A stretch of 64,000 bases of DNA from the human T2T-CHM13v2.0 reference genome, Homo sapiens: assembly GCF_009914755.1 (NCBI RefSeq), contig NC_060935.1, one strand, 5' to 3'. Under the pieces are notes generated by a model. The model did no database searches. It worked only from the letters and a program-made list of their open reading frames with translations, and was not told the origin of the DNA. A program made the translations under genes and the position numbers. Below are positions 37,001 through 51,694 of the stretch, piece after piece. Numbering within the stretch: position 1 is the stretch's first letter; each line of letters begins with the position of its first letter.

Positions 37001-40000
37001 AGAAGCACCTGTTTTTCTCAATAAGTGCTAGGGCTTACCATCTAAAGGATCGTTCACCATCCCTCCAGCGTCCTTAGTAGGAGCGATTGGAACCCGTTTT
37101 TCTTCCTGAATAATCCATACTTTTAAGCCATTCTAATCGGGCCTTCAGGCATCCTGGATTCTGGTCTCGACATTGTGATTTGACACAAATCACGTTTTCA
37201 CTCTGGAAACCACAACTACTCCCTCCACCCCATCACGCAGGAGCAGACCTGGATAAGAAATATGTGCACTCTGCAAAGAACCAATGATAAAAGTAACAAT
37301 ATCGACGCTTACTGAGCCTTTACTATGTGCCAGGTACTAGACTAGACACTTAAAATGCAGTATCTCATTGGATCCTGGCAACAGCTTGTAAGATAGTATT
37401 CTCATCACCCCCATTTTACAGGCAAATACCTGATACCTTCTGTCTGGCCTCCTGAATGCTCCTTGGTTCCATTCCAATACGTTGTTCACTGTGCTGCCAG
37501 AGTAATCTTCTCAAACGATAAGTGTGATCATCTCACTTCCCTGCTAAGAGCACCTCAAAAGGCTTCCTATTGCTCTTAGGAGAAACCCACATTCTTGCAT
37601 GGTCTGCCTAGACCCTGCATATTCACTCTGTACTTCAGCCTCATGGGCCTTCTTCCAGTTCCTTCCAGTCACCTGTTGCCAAATGGCCTGCCTTTGACTG
37701 TCCTGTTCCCTCTGTGTGCAGTGCCCCCTCCTACCCTCTTCAGGAAACTCCTATGCTTCTTCCAGACCTCAGCTCCATTATCATTTCTTTAGGAAAGCCT
37801 TCTCTGACCTTCCAGAGAGAGTGAAGTCTCTCTAATTATATACTATCTATCTCTTGGGCATTTGACACTTTCTGTGGGGGTAGGGGTAGGGGGGTACTGG
37901 TTGTTGGATTAATATTTGTCTCCTCCACTGATTGGAACCTCCAGGAAGGTGACTGAACCCATTTTTTGCTTAGCATTGATGCCCTAATATGCAGAGGGTT
38001 CTCAATAAATACTAGTGAAAGGATGGCAAAAAGTTAAGGTCATACCAAAGAAATCAAGTGGTAAAGCTGGCATTTACTCCCAGAACCTGTGCTGGACTAC
38101 CTAGACCTGGAGAGACTGGGTTTGGCCTCATGAAGCTGCTTCTTTTACTCTGTTCTGCCTTCAACACTTGCCCCAGTTTCAAAGACTGTTTGTGGGAAAA
38201 CAAATACAGAAGGCTGCTCACTTGGCTTCAAGGAAGCCCCAGGGCTGGATTCCTCCCTGTGTGCCCATCCCCTACTTTCCCCTACACACGGAGGACAGAG
38301 TCTCTAGGAGACAGGTGGGATTGCTGTTCACCTTCCAGTCCCCTGGCACACTTCCAGCAGTGAACAACAGTGGCTGCCCTGGCCCCTTCTGTCCCATCAC
38401 CTGGATCCCTGCCTGATCACTCCTCCAGGTGCAGATCACCCAGGGAACAGTGAAAGTCAGCTTTGCCTTGTCCGTCTAGGAGAGGTGCCTCTGAGTTTGG
38501 CAAAGCATCAGGGCAGGTCCAACAGTGAGGGCCCCTAGGGCTTGGGCTGGGACAGTGACTTTCCTCAGGGAGGAAGCCAGGCAGGTAGACACTCTCGGGG
38601 GGAGTTGGAATCCCCACTCTCCAGGCTGCTCAGCTCAGACCTGCAGCCTTTTTTGCTGAGGATGTCCTGACAGAAGAAAGGGGCTCTTTTCAGAGCTAGA
38701 TCCCCCTGGGAACACCAGGAAGCTGAATCTCTCTAGTTGAACTGGAATTTGCCCATATCAAGTGTTGCTGAAAAATAAATGGTGCCCGGCTGGAACTGGG
38801 AATCTTTTTGTGAATTCAGAGCCCTTTGGTGTAGTGGGATTTGTGTTCTGCAGTTGGGTCTGTGGCTGCAATACCTGTTGGTCCCCTCACCTGTCTGAGA
38901 CCTTCCTTGGACAGACTGATACCATCACTGCCCTCAAGGTTCAGTGTGGTGAGGCCAGCTCCTTCCTCCCCCCACACATTATGAGTATTCGCAGACTACA
39001 GACTGCCTGCTTAATTTAAGGAGAGTTATCTCTGGGTGGTTTATCCTGTTTGCCCAAATGACTTTGAGTAAATCACTTCCTACCTCTGAGCCTCAGTTTC
39101 CATATCTGTAAAATGGATGTAGTGAGACTGCATATACAATTGTGCTTTGTAAACTCTCTAGGGCTGTACCAACAGAAAAGATTATTATTAATTCTCCATA
39201 TAGCCAATCAACGTCCCCTGCCTCATTGACCCATCTTGGAGGAAGTAACATACAATATGGTTGTTAAAAACACAGGTTTTGGAGTCTAATACACTAGATT
39301 TGAATCCCTGCTCTGCTGCTTACTAGCTATGTGACTAGTTAGTTACTGCACCATTGTGAGCTTTCAGTTCTTCATCTAGAAAATTGTGCCAATATCTCTA
39401 CTTCTCAGGGCTGCTGTGAGAAATAAAACGATAGACAGTGTAATACATTGGTCATGTAGCATAGGCTCAGCAGAAGGTAGCAACCATCATTACCTGGAAC
39501 AACTTCAGGAAAAACTGTAGGTTGCAGAACCCTCGAATTGGGGCTGGCCTATCCTTTCTCCAGGCTTCCCTACAGAGCTTCAGACACGAAGCCAGACTTG
39601 AGTATCTTACCCTATCCCTAGAGCAGAGGCCTGCTGAGGCAGGGGCTGGCCAGCTCTCTTCCTCTCCTCAGTGTCTCCAGATTCTGGACTTTCCATGTGC
39701 AATGGCTCTATCCTAAAGTTCTCTGCATCCTCCCTTGGCTGTTATAGAAGACCTGTACTTGAAAATCATACTAGAAAATCCAGTACTGTTTCAGTGTTAG
39801 AATGCTATTCACGTTATTCTTCTTATAAGTGACAGATACCCAGTTGAAAATTTCTTATGTGAAAATGCAAATTTTTGGTCCCCTTAATTTAAAAGTGCAG
39901 GGCTTCAGGCATGGCTGGATCCAAAGACTCAAATGACATTATCACTGTGTTTCAGCTCTGCTTTCCTCTGAGCTGATGCCCCTGTAGGCAGACCCTTCCT

Positions 40001-41609
40001 GTCTGATGGCTATTTGTGACTCTAGGCTTACAACCTATTCTCCTAGCAACCCTCTTTTGGGTCTTCAGCTAACAGAGAGGCCTTTAAGAATGAGAAACAG
40101 GATGAGTGCTGAGGCTTGGAGGCCTAAAAAGTAGAGGAGAAGAGCAGAGGATAAAGGGGAGACTGCCAAGAAATTTTCCTCCCCATTCCCTCCCTACCCA
40201 TGCATATTGCCCTTGGCCATACCCTGAAGTCAGAATGGCCACTCCTAGGACCCTCATCATGCACCACCCCATCCTTATAGCTGTAGGATCCCTTTCCTCC
40301 TCAGATGTCCTCACCACTACCCCAACCCCCTTTGGCAGGAAGATTCTTCGAACAGCTATCCAAATGTGTGCCAGGATCTCTGGCTACATGGTACCCCTGA
40401 CTTGGCACCCAGCTCTAAAAACTGTGTCTGCTTTGGCAGTTAAAGCAAAGATAAGAGATATTTCTGTCCTCTTCCTTCAGAGTGATTGCCAACATCACCA
40501 TGACCTCAAGAAACAGGGCTGATGGCAGCCCTGCTGGTGTTTTCCAAAGTTGCCTGGGTCTTTTGGATCCATTACAGTCACCAGTGATTTGGTTTCATTT
40601 CCCGGGATGAGAACAGGCTTTGACCTCAACTCAGACAGCAAAAGAGGAGAAATAATGGAAAGAAAACAAACACCAGTATCTGAAGGACGTGTGTCTGGTG
40701 GAAGTGGGGAAGTGAGGAGTCTAGGCTTAGCTTTGAATCTGGTTCCACCCCTTGCTTGCTATGGGACCTTGGCCAAGTTACTGAAGCTCTCTGAGCCTCA
40801 GTTTATCCATCTTGCAGGGTTCTGTCTCATTTGAGTGAAATAATATATAAAGGCACAAAGTGGGCTCTCAATAAATATGTCCTGTTCCTCTTTCCTTCCC
40901 CTCTCCAACATAGGTAGAGAACCCAGAAAAAGAGTGGCCCTTCTGAGCCTAGTGGGAAACTCTGCAGTATAGAAACAAGAACTCTGAAGATGGCAAGTCT
41001 CTCAGAATACAGCAAAGCATAGGCCTAACCCACCTGCTCCTTATCTCTTTATGTCAGCCCCAGCCAAAGGGGACAATGCCTGCAGCGTGGCTCACACTGA
41101 TGGGTAACTTCTGTCTACCTCAGGAGCACTGAGGGCTCTACCTCCTTCCCCCCAGTTAACTAAGCATGTTGCTCAGATGTGATGGTGTGCATGCTGGGCA
41201 AGCCACAGGGGCTGGGGGCCAGTGACAGCAGAGAGGTGAAGTGCTCTGTGGAACATGTGTAGACTCCCAGGTGTGCAAACATGTGCACGCGCTCACACTC
41301 ATAGTGTTCCGTCTGACCAGTTTTCGCACAGATCTACACTGCCCAAAGAGAAAAGTCATTCAGGATTATTTAAAAACTTTTAATTTGTAAAAAAAATTTG
41401 AAACTTACAAAAAGTTGCAAACATAAGAATAGTAGAAAAAACACCTGTATATCCTTTTCACAGATTACCTGTTACTAACATTTTACTCCATGTGTTTTTC
41501 AGGTGCTTATTGGCCATTTGTTTATCTTCTTTGGAAACATGTCTATTCAGATCCTTTGCCGATTTTTAACTGAGTTCTTTGTCTTCTTATTATTGAATTG
41601 TGAGAGTTC

Positions 41610-43292
41610 TTTTTTTTTAATACTTTAAGTTCTGGGGTACATGTACAGAACATGCAGGTTTGTTACATAGGTATACACTTGCCATGGTGGTTTGCTGCAC
41701 CCATCAACCCATCATCTACATTAGGTATTTCTCCCAATGCTATCCCTCCCTCAGCCCCCTACCCTGCAACAGGCCCCAGTGTGTGATGCCCCCACTCCAG
41801 TGTCTATGTGTTCTCATTGTTCAACTCCCACTTATGAGTGACAACATGCAGTGTTTGGTTTTCTGTTCTTGTGTTAGTTTGCTGAGAATGATGGTTTCCA
41901 GCTTCATCCATGTCCCTGAAAAGGACATGAACTCATCCTTTTTTATGGCTGCATAGTATTCCATAGTGTATATGTGCCCCATTTTCTTTATCCAGTCTAT
42001 CATTGTGGGCATTTGGGTTGGTTCCAAGTCTTTGCTATTGTGAACAGTGCCACAATAAACATACGTGTGTATGTGTCTTTATAGCAGAATGATTTATAAT
42101 CCTTTGGGTATACACCCAGTAATGGGATTGCTGGGTCAAATGGTATTTCTAGTTCTTGTTCCTTGAGGAATTGCTACACTGTCTTCCATAATGGTTGAAC
42201 TAATTTACACTCCCACCAACAGTGTAAAAGCATTCCTATTTCTCCACATCCTCTCCAGCATCTGTTGTTTCCTGACTTTTTAATGATTGCCATTCTAACT
42301 GGCATGAAATGGTAGCTCATTGTGGTTTTGATTTGCATTTCTCCAATGACCAGTGATGATGAGCTTTTTTCATATGTTTATTGGCTGCGTAAATGTCTTC
42401 TTTTGAGAAGTGTCTGTTCATATTCTTCGCGCACTTTTTGATGGGGTTGTTTTTTTCTTGTAAATTTGTTTAAGTTCTTTGTAGATTCTGAATATTAACC
42501 TTTTGTCAGATGGATAGATTGCAAAAATTTTCTCCCATTCTATAGGTTGCCTGTTCACTGTAATGATAGTTTCTTTTGCTGTGCAGAAGCTCTTTAGTTT
42601 AATTAGATGTCAATTGTCAATTTGGGCTTGTGTTGCCATTGCTTTTGGTGTTTTAATCATGAAGTCTTTGCCCATGCCTGTGTCTTGAATGGTATTGCCT
42701 AGGTTTTCTTCTAGGGTTTTTATGGTTTTAGGTCTTATGTTTAAGTCTTTAATCCATCTTGAGTTAATTTTTGTATAAGGTGTAAGGAAGGGATCCAGTT
42801 TCAGACTTCCACTTATGGCTAGCCAGTTTTCCCAACACCGTTTATTAAATAGGGAATCCTTTCCCCATTGCTTGTTTTTGTCAGGTTTGTCAAAGATCAG
42901 ATGGTTGTGGATGTGTGGTGTTATTTCTGAGGCCTCTGTTCTGTTCCATTGGTCTATATATCTGTTTTGGTATCAGTACCATGCTGTTTTTGTTACTGCA
43001 GCCTTGTAGTATAGTTTGAAGTCAGGTAGTGTGATGCCTCCAGCTTCGTTCTTTTTGCTTAGGATTGTCTTGGCTATGTGGGCTCTTTTTTGGTTCTGTA
43101 TGAAATTTAAAGTAGTTTTTCCAATTCTGTGAAGAAAGTCAATAGTCGCTTGATGGGGAGAGCATTGAATCTATAAATTACTTTGGGCAGTATGGCCATT
43201 TTCACAATATTGATTCTTCCTCTTCAAGGACCTCTTCAAGGAGAACTACAAGCCACTGCTCAAGGAAATAAGAGAGGACACAAACAAATGGA
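41610..43292 (-). mobile_element. 5'-truncated, 5'-inverted L1PA element
   Basis: Poly(T), L1 3'UTR and ORF2 end on the minus strand to ~43220, then a + strand ORF2 piece (aaggacctcttcaaggagaactac...acaaatgga); TSD GAGAGTTCTTT at 41602-41612 and 43291-43301. Confidence 0.9.
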
Positions 43293-43436
43293 GAGTTCTT
43301 TATATATTCTAGCTACAAGTCTCTTGTCACACATGACTTGCAAAATTTTTCTCCCATTTTATGAGTTGCCTTTTCACTTTCTTGATGGCTTCCTTTGACT
43401 CATAAAAATGTTCAATTTCATTTGCTTCCCTGCAAA

Positions 43437-43468
43437 ACACACACACACACACATGCACACACACACAC
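43437..43468. repeat. (CA)n microsatellite
   Basis: acacacacacacacacatgcacacacacacac. Confidence 0.9.
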
Positions 43469-44650
43469 TTTTTTCTGAACGATTTTAGGATAGATTACTC
43501 ATACATTATGATCCTGTACCACTAATACTTCATTGTATATTTCCTAAAAATAGAGATTTTTCTCTTATGTAACCACAATACAGATAGAAGCTTGATAAAT
43601 TTACATTGATACAATACTTTTATCTAAGCTACTATTCATGTTCCAATTTTGTCAGTTGACCATTTATAACACATTCCTCCAGTACAGGATCCAGGCTAGG
43701 AGCAGGTATTGTATTTGGTTGTCATGTCTCTTTAGCCTCCTTTAATCTGGAACATTTCCACAGCTTTCTTTGTCCTCCATGACACAGACATTTTTGACAT
43801 TCAAAATGTTAAAATTCAAAACTGTCAGTGTCATTAAAAAGGGTTAACTGGTTAACACAAAAACCAGTTAACCCTTTTTAGTTACTGGTTTCTGTGTGTG
43901 ATATAATTCACATACCATAAAATTCACCCAATTCATACAATTGTACTTAATGTGTACAATTCAAGTTTTAAATAAATTCAGAGAGCTGTGCAACCATCAC
44001 CACAATGACTTCTAGAACATTTCATCGTCCCAAGAGAAACTTGGTACCCATTAATCATTCCCCATTGCCTACCAATTTCTCCAGCCCTAGACAACTAACT
44101 TGTAATCCACTTCCTGTCTCTATGAATTTGCCTATTCTGGACATTTCATGTAACTGGAATCATATAATGCATGGTCTTTTGTGACTGGCTTCTTTCACGT
44201 AGCACAGTGTTTTCAAAATTCATCCATACTGTAGCATCTATCAGTATTTAACTATGGCCAAATAATATTCCATTGTATGGATCTACCACATTTTGTCTAG
44301 CTGTACATTAGTTGATAGATATGTAAGCTGTTTCCACTTTTAAGGTATTACGACTAATGTTGCTAAGAAATCTCATGTGGAAATCTTTTTGTGCCTTTTA
44401 TTCATCTCCTGGAGTAGAATTGCTGGGTCACATGGTAGCCCGTGTGACCTTTGAGGAATTAACAGACTACTCTCCAAAGCAGCTGCACCATTCTGCATCT
44501 CCACCAGCAGTGTATGAGGGTTCCAATTTCTTCACATCCTCTTCAACACTTTTTACCATCTGTCTTTTTTATTATAGCCATGCTAGTGAGGTTGAGATGG
44601 TATCTCATTATGGTTCTGATTTGTGTTTCCCTGATGACTAATGATGTTAA

Positions 44651-45029
<379 letters not shown>

Positions 45030-46591
45030 TCCTCTGTCCATTTTTAATTGAGTGATTTGTCTCATTATTATTGACTTGTAAGAACTCTTTACATATTGTA
45101 GCTATTAGTCTCTTGTCAGATATATGATTTACAAACATTTTCTACCATTCCATGGGCTACCTTTTCACTTCTTAATAGTGTCTTTTGAAGCACACAAGCT
45201 TTAAAATTTCACTGATGTGCAAGTTGTTTTTCAACTTCCCTCCCCTTTTTAAAATAGAGCATTCTTCATTTTGTGTTTGTCTGCATTTTCCTTGTATTGA
45301 GATTGAGGTGATGCATTTTTGGCTTGAGTACAGTATAGGTGATGGTACGTTCTTCTCAGGCTATCACATCTGTAGGCACATGATATCCATCTGTCCTTTA
45401 TTGGACATGCTAATTTTGATCATCTGGTCAAGGTATTGCCTGATTTCTCTGCTGTATAATTACTGGCTTTTTTCCTATCTCATTCATGATGTTTAAAAAA
45501 ATGAAATTCACTCTTTTCAGTCTGTCTACACTCCGTTAGCACATTGCACTTTGAGTTCTGTACTCTCCCTGGCACATGCTGCACAGTGGTCAGACCCACC
45601 TTGGCCAGGCCTGTGTCCTCATGTCTCAAAAAGGGGCTTTGTTTCAATGACCACAGGTTTCATGCAAATTATTCACACCTTGCCACAGTAAGTGTCTTCA
45701 TTGACCTTGCCTGCCTAGAGACCTGAGTACTGCCTTCTTGGACTCTGAAGTTGGATGTTGCCATGCTGGAAACATCGAATAGAAATAGGCAGTTCTGGAA
45801 AACATGTGCTTCTGGGCTCAGCAAGGAGATGTACTGTGATCCTCACATACCAGGGGCTGAGGATTGGAACTCAGAAAAAATGAAGGATTGAGAGGCTGCG
45901 CTGTGTATGTGCACTTGTGTCTGTGCCGTCCCTGACCTAAGAGAAGCTCAGGCGATTGGAAGAGCTCATTTTACCTTCCCAGCTCAGGAGGACACGGGTG
46001 TTTGGAAGGCCTTGTGTGAGAACCCAAATCAGGCATCATAGCCTTTCATTCCTACTTCAAGCTTTAATTTTTCTGTTGCTAGGACATACCCCACTAGAAA
46101 AACTGTGACTAAAGAACTTTCCATCTCAGTGAAATGGGGAAACCCAGCAGAGAGTGAACCCCTTTAAAGAATGTTTCTTGGGTTTAACTTCTAAAGTCTC
46201 AAGAAGTGAAATGTAACGATGAGGATGACAGTTAACGTTTATTGGGCCCTTACTACATGCCAGGCAATGTTTCAAGAGTTTTCCAGGTATTAACTCATTT
46301 AATTCTCAAAACAGCTCTATCTTGTAGGTACTATCATTATCTTTATTTACCACATGAAGAAACTGAGGCACAGAGAAGTTAAATAACTTCCACAAGGTCA
46401 CATAGCTAATAAGTGGCAGAACTGGGATACAAATCCAGGTACCGTAAAGGACATAATGGGAGTCTTGGAGAATATGAGCATTATGAATCATAAATCTTAG
46501 AGAAGGCACCTATCAGTGTGATAAATGTAGATAATGCATTTTCAGAGAAGTACATTAGGAATACTGGGCCCGGGGGGTACTGGGTGAGTGA

Positions 46592-46962
<371 letters not shown>

Positions 46963-47988
46963 CCTATCAAGCCTCTTATACTTGGCACCTGCATTACTTA
47001 AAACTCCAGTTTAGGTACCTGATGTGGCTGCTAAAAGCTGACTTCTTCAAGCCAAGTCACCTGGAAGTAACATTGGGGTTCCAATGTGCTACACTGTCCA
47101 CAGTTTTATAGCATGATCAGGCATCACACACACACCGCTGCATTGACAGTGTGTGCTGATGACCAATTTGTGGTCACACAGGATAGGTTACCCACAAGGC
47201 TGCAGAGGGCCGCACTTAGCAGGCTTGGCCAGGGTTCACCACAAGCTCACACTCTGTACCTCCATGCTGTTCTGCTGTGCATGCTGCTTCAGACATTACT
47301 GGGCTCTGTCTTCTCTGGGGCATTGGTTCCAATTCCTGCTTAGCAGCTGTTAATTTTTTTCAACTGCCACACATGTAATAAGGCAAAGCCAGCACCGAAG
47401 CTCAAATTTGAGGTAGGCTTGTATTTCTACTTTTTGCGTTTTGTAGGGAAAAGACAGAAAACTTCAACCTGTGGCCCAAAATTATCCTTCAGTCCTAGGA
47501 TACTGTGTAGGATCAGAGAACAATCCAAGGCAGGGGAGTGTGGTAGGGAGCTCCTGGAACTACAAAGTGGTAAAACATGCAAGATTATAATTGAGGAGTA
47601 GATTTTGTCCTCATCATTCCTTCAACTCCTTTTCCCTTCTGACTCAGGACTATATATCCAGCCTACCCTGGTGCCTAGACCGTAACAGTGAATGCATGAA
47701 TATGCGGTGTTTGTATGTGAGATTCAGAGCGTTGTTGATAGTTTGAAATGACCTAGATCAATGAGTTTGGACTTGGTCACTAGTTTTTCTCTGCCAAGCA
47801 GAGAAAAAAGGAAAATATCTAAACAAAATAAACTCCGAGGGCTGTGTCAAACAACATGCGACCAATCAGTTGTCAAATCACAGCCCTAGTCCCCAGGGCC
47901 CCTTGGGTAAGATCTTGTCTTGAATTATGGGCATGTAAGGTCTGAGGCAGTGGGACGGGAGACAGAAACACAGGTCGACTCCATATTG

Positions 47989-48007
47989 CAACCACTAGGT
48001 GGCACCT
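47989..48007 (+). promoter_or_regulatory. Candidate CTCF site (caaCCACTAGGTGGCACct)
   Basis: Matches the CTCF core CCACYAGRKGGCRS in unique intergenic sequence. Confidence 0.65.
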
Positions 48008-49699
48008 GTTCGAGGAACTGCCAAATGGCTTGTTCACAGCTTGAAGCTTTGGTCAGCTTGGCTTGACATGAAATGCCAAGGTCTTGCTGGGCGGATAAAG
48101 GAGCTTGCCAGGGCCAGTGCTGCCAGGCTTGGTTTGAGGAGCCAGTGCTCTAGGAGGGGCCTGGATTCATGACTCTAATGATGAGCTCATCCTAAGACAG
48201 CAGCTCCCTCCCACCACCTCCTCATTCTCTGTCCTTTAGCCCTTCCTTATTTATACCACTCATCACTACTTGACTTTACAGTATATGTTCATTTGTTTAT
48301 TGTCTGTCTCCCCAGACTGGAACCTAAATTCCACAAGAGCAGGGAGCTTCTTTTGCTCCCTGCAGTATCCCTGGCTCCTACAATGTCTAGCACTTAATAG
48401 GCTCTCCATAAATATATGTTGCATAAATGAATGAATGACCAAAAACATAATAAGAAATTATTAGTAACTAAGGTCTGTAGTTGCATCCCCTTTATGAGAT
48501 ACTCTGAAAACCAAGCACTACTGAGTTACTGTCATTGCTTGCAGTAGGTAGGTTTAATTTGTATCGCTTTTATTCAACTAAGGCAAACTGCCTATATTAG
48601 AGTGGTTTCATTTTCTAAATCTATTTTGATGCCACTGTGTTCTCTGGAAAGTGCTCCCTGCTGAGTAGTGATATCTTCATGGCTATATCACTGACATGGA
48701 TCACAGGAGCAGCCTTGCTGTGTTAACAGGTCCCTAAGGGTGGTCTCCTGCAGGCTGATCGAGACTGCCTGAAGGGAGAAGGAGGCAGGGCACTACAAAT
48801 ATTAGGACACCTCTGAGCTGGGCTCACAAGCCCCTGGAATGGAAGATGGTCACAGAAATGAAGCCTCACCAAGGCCTCTAAGTTTCTGTGGATGGGCCCC
48901 TACTGGCCACTCCCAGGACCTTAAATTGTAGGCAGCTGATGGCTTGCCTAGCTAGAGGGCCGTATGCAACAAGATTCCCTCAACTTGGTGAGGAACTGCT
49001 TTACTCCAGCCTCAGCTAGTCCATTTGCCTCCCAAATGCTGGCTAGAAGTAGTGCAGACTTGGGTAAGGCTCCAAGACGTATCCTGCTGTGTGAAAAGAA
49101 GCAGAGATGCTGACAGTAAGAGGCATCTCTTCAGGGCTAAGAAGATTACAGCTGGGCCTGGAATGACCCCTGGGTTTTCCAGCACATAGGCCCACCAGCT
49201 GTGGTGGTCAGCTGCAGGCAACAGCTCCGGTGCATCTTCCTGCAAAGATCTGCCGGAGGGTAAGCAAGTCCTTGCACTGTGCTGTGCAGCCACTGCCTTT
49301 TCCAGGTTGCCACATGACATTTTAATATCACCTGCAAACCTAAATCCAGTGAGTGCCTACAGACGACACACTTAACAGCTCAGGGCATGATTCAGAGGAA
49401 GCAATTTTCCAAAGTGAAGATAATTGTCTGTTAGTGTGAAAAGGCAAACACTTTTTTATTAGCATTGGAAATTCAAGGGAGATGTTGTTAAATCCATAGA
49501 TGCAGCACTTCAGTAAATGGCTAAAGAACAATATCTACAGCTAGAAGGAAGGACTGTACAGATCCATGCCCATTCAGGGTTCACCCATAGAACTAGCTCT
49601 CTTGGAGGGAAGATGGAAGCTCAGCTCTGACCTCTTCCTGTTTACTTAATACGCAGCTCCTCAAAGTCCTGGTTCCTGTGCCCACACAGGAAATCCCAG

Positions 49700-51280
49700 A
49701 ATTAAGAGTTCCCCGGTCTTCTTTTATTTACATGTTTCCCAGGTGACCTTAACCGGGGTAAAGTCTCATGCCTTTACTCTGTGACATTAAAACTTATATT
49801 CCAGCCCTGACCTCTCCTGGGGCTTTGTATAACCATTTGCCTATTTGAACCCTCCAGTTGGACATATGATAGGCACCTAGAACCTAGAATGGCCAAAATG
49901 GAACTCTTAACCATCTCCCCTTTTCACTGTTATATTACTGCATAAGAAGTCACCTCAAAACCTATCAATCATTTAAGATAATAATCATTAATTTTGCACA
50001 CAAATCTCTAATTTTTCTGTGGTTCAATGAGGACTGCTCCATGAAGTGTCAGCTGGAGCAGCTGGAGAATCCCTTTCCAAGATGGCTTACTCACGCAGCT
50101 GGCAAGTTTTGCTGGCTGTCGCCTGGAAGCTCAGCCTGGCCGGTGGGTGGAGGGACTGTGGTTCCTCTCCACATGGCCTCTCCACAGGCTGTTATGGCTT
50201 GCTTCCTCATGACGTGGTGACTGAGTTTCAAGTGTGAGTGTCCTAAGGAGAGGAAGTGGAAGCTGCTAGTGTCTTAAGCCCTGGGCCTCGTAAAGCATTA
50301 CTTCTGCCATGTTAATATTGGTCAAGCAGTCACAGAGCCCAGAGTCAAGGGGAGGTGACACAGACCCCAACTGTCCATGGAAGGAACCTCAAAGAATTTG
50401 CAAACATGTTTTAAAACTGCTGCATATCCCGAACCTGCTCCTCCTAGTCTCCTCCATCTACCAGTTTCTTAGGCAACTAGGAGTCATCTTTGACTTCCTT
50501 CTTTCCCTCAGCACTTCCATACAATCCCCATCAGCAAATTCTGTTGACTGTCCCCCAAAACACATCCAGAATCCTTCTACTTCTCTCATCTCCACTACAA
50601 CACCCTAATCCAGACAATACCTTCATCTGCCAACTGGATGGCTGCTTGTTCTGTTGCAGTAGTCTGTGAATAACTCTCTCTGCCTCCGTGCTGGCTTCCT
50701 ATTCACACAGTAGCCACAGCTACCCTTTTAAAACATAAATCAGATTATCTCACTCCTCTGCTTAAATCCATTCAAAAGTTTGCAACATATTTAGAAATAA
50801 CTCAAACCCCTCATTATAGATTCCAAAGCCCGATGTGATCTGGCCGTGTCTGGTTCTCTAGCCTCATCTTGTACGACCTGCCTTCTCACTAGACTACAAT
50901 ATACACAAATGGTTGCTCCTGCCTGACAGCCTTTGCACTTGGTTTTCCTCTCTCTGGAAAGCTCTTCCCCCTAATTTTCCCAAGACTGGTTTCTTCTTGC
51001 CATTTAGTTTTCAATTGAAATGTAATTTCCGCATAGAGGCCATCTATAATCCCCAATCCTAAAGTAGCCACACAATCATCTGTTACAGTAACCTATTTTA
51101 ATTTTCAACATAGCTCTTACCACTAGCTGCTACTTTTCATGTTGATTTATCTGTTCTTTGTCTGTCTCTTCCCTCTAAAATGTAAGCTTCATGAGGGCAG
51201 GGACCTTGTCTGTCTTATCGCCGCATCCCCAGGGCCTAGAGTACCAGGCAGAAGTTTGATAAATATTGATGTAGCAGGTA
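49700..51280. mobile_element. L2 interrupted by a MaLR (MLT1-type) LTR (~49930-50420)
   Basis: ttccaagatggcttactcac, ggcctctccacagggctg MLT1 motifs; L2 motifs on both sides. Confidence 0.65.
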
Positions 51281-51694
51281 GAAATAGTATCTCCAGATAG
51301 CCAGCCCCCAACAGGATCACAGCATCTCTTAAGGTAGTTGAGGGAATAGAGAGGAAGCTCCTCTTTATACCTCCTGTGCGTCAGTGGTTTGTGCGTGTAC
51401 CAGCAACACAGCTCTGGTGCATGGGGCTGCCCCGTGGAGGATGCTCCTCCATAGTGACCGGGTTTATGCAGCCTCCTTCCAACCCCCAGAGTATTCCCAT
51501 CCCTAGCCTTCTTGTGAAATCAGCAAGACAGGATCACACAGTCATGAGCACAAAGTTGCTAACATGCCTGGACAGAATGGTGCAGCTCAGCTCATCTCAC
51601 CTTCACATCAGTGCGGTCACTAACTCGGGTTTATGTGACATTCGAATTTTCATCTTATGGTTAGACTCAGAAATATAGGCCAAGCTCCAGTATA

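Noticed and set aside
36117-37077. Long ORFs (up to 222 aa) on both strands upstream of NRIP3
   Set aside because: Expected in a CpG island depleted of stop codons; low-complexity R/P/G/A content, mostly non-ATG starts, no recognisable domain
37876-37894. G-run cluster GGGGGTAGGGGTAGGGGGG
   Set aside because: Only three separate G-tracts; weak G-quadruplex candidate
49742-49754. ERE-like GGTGAcctTAACC
   Set aside because: Two mismatches to GGTCAnnnTGACC and inside an L2 fragment; expected by chance
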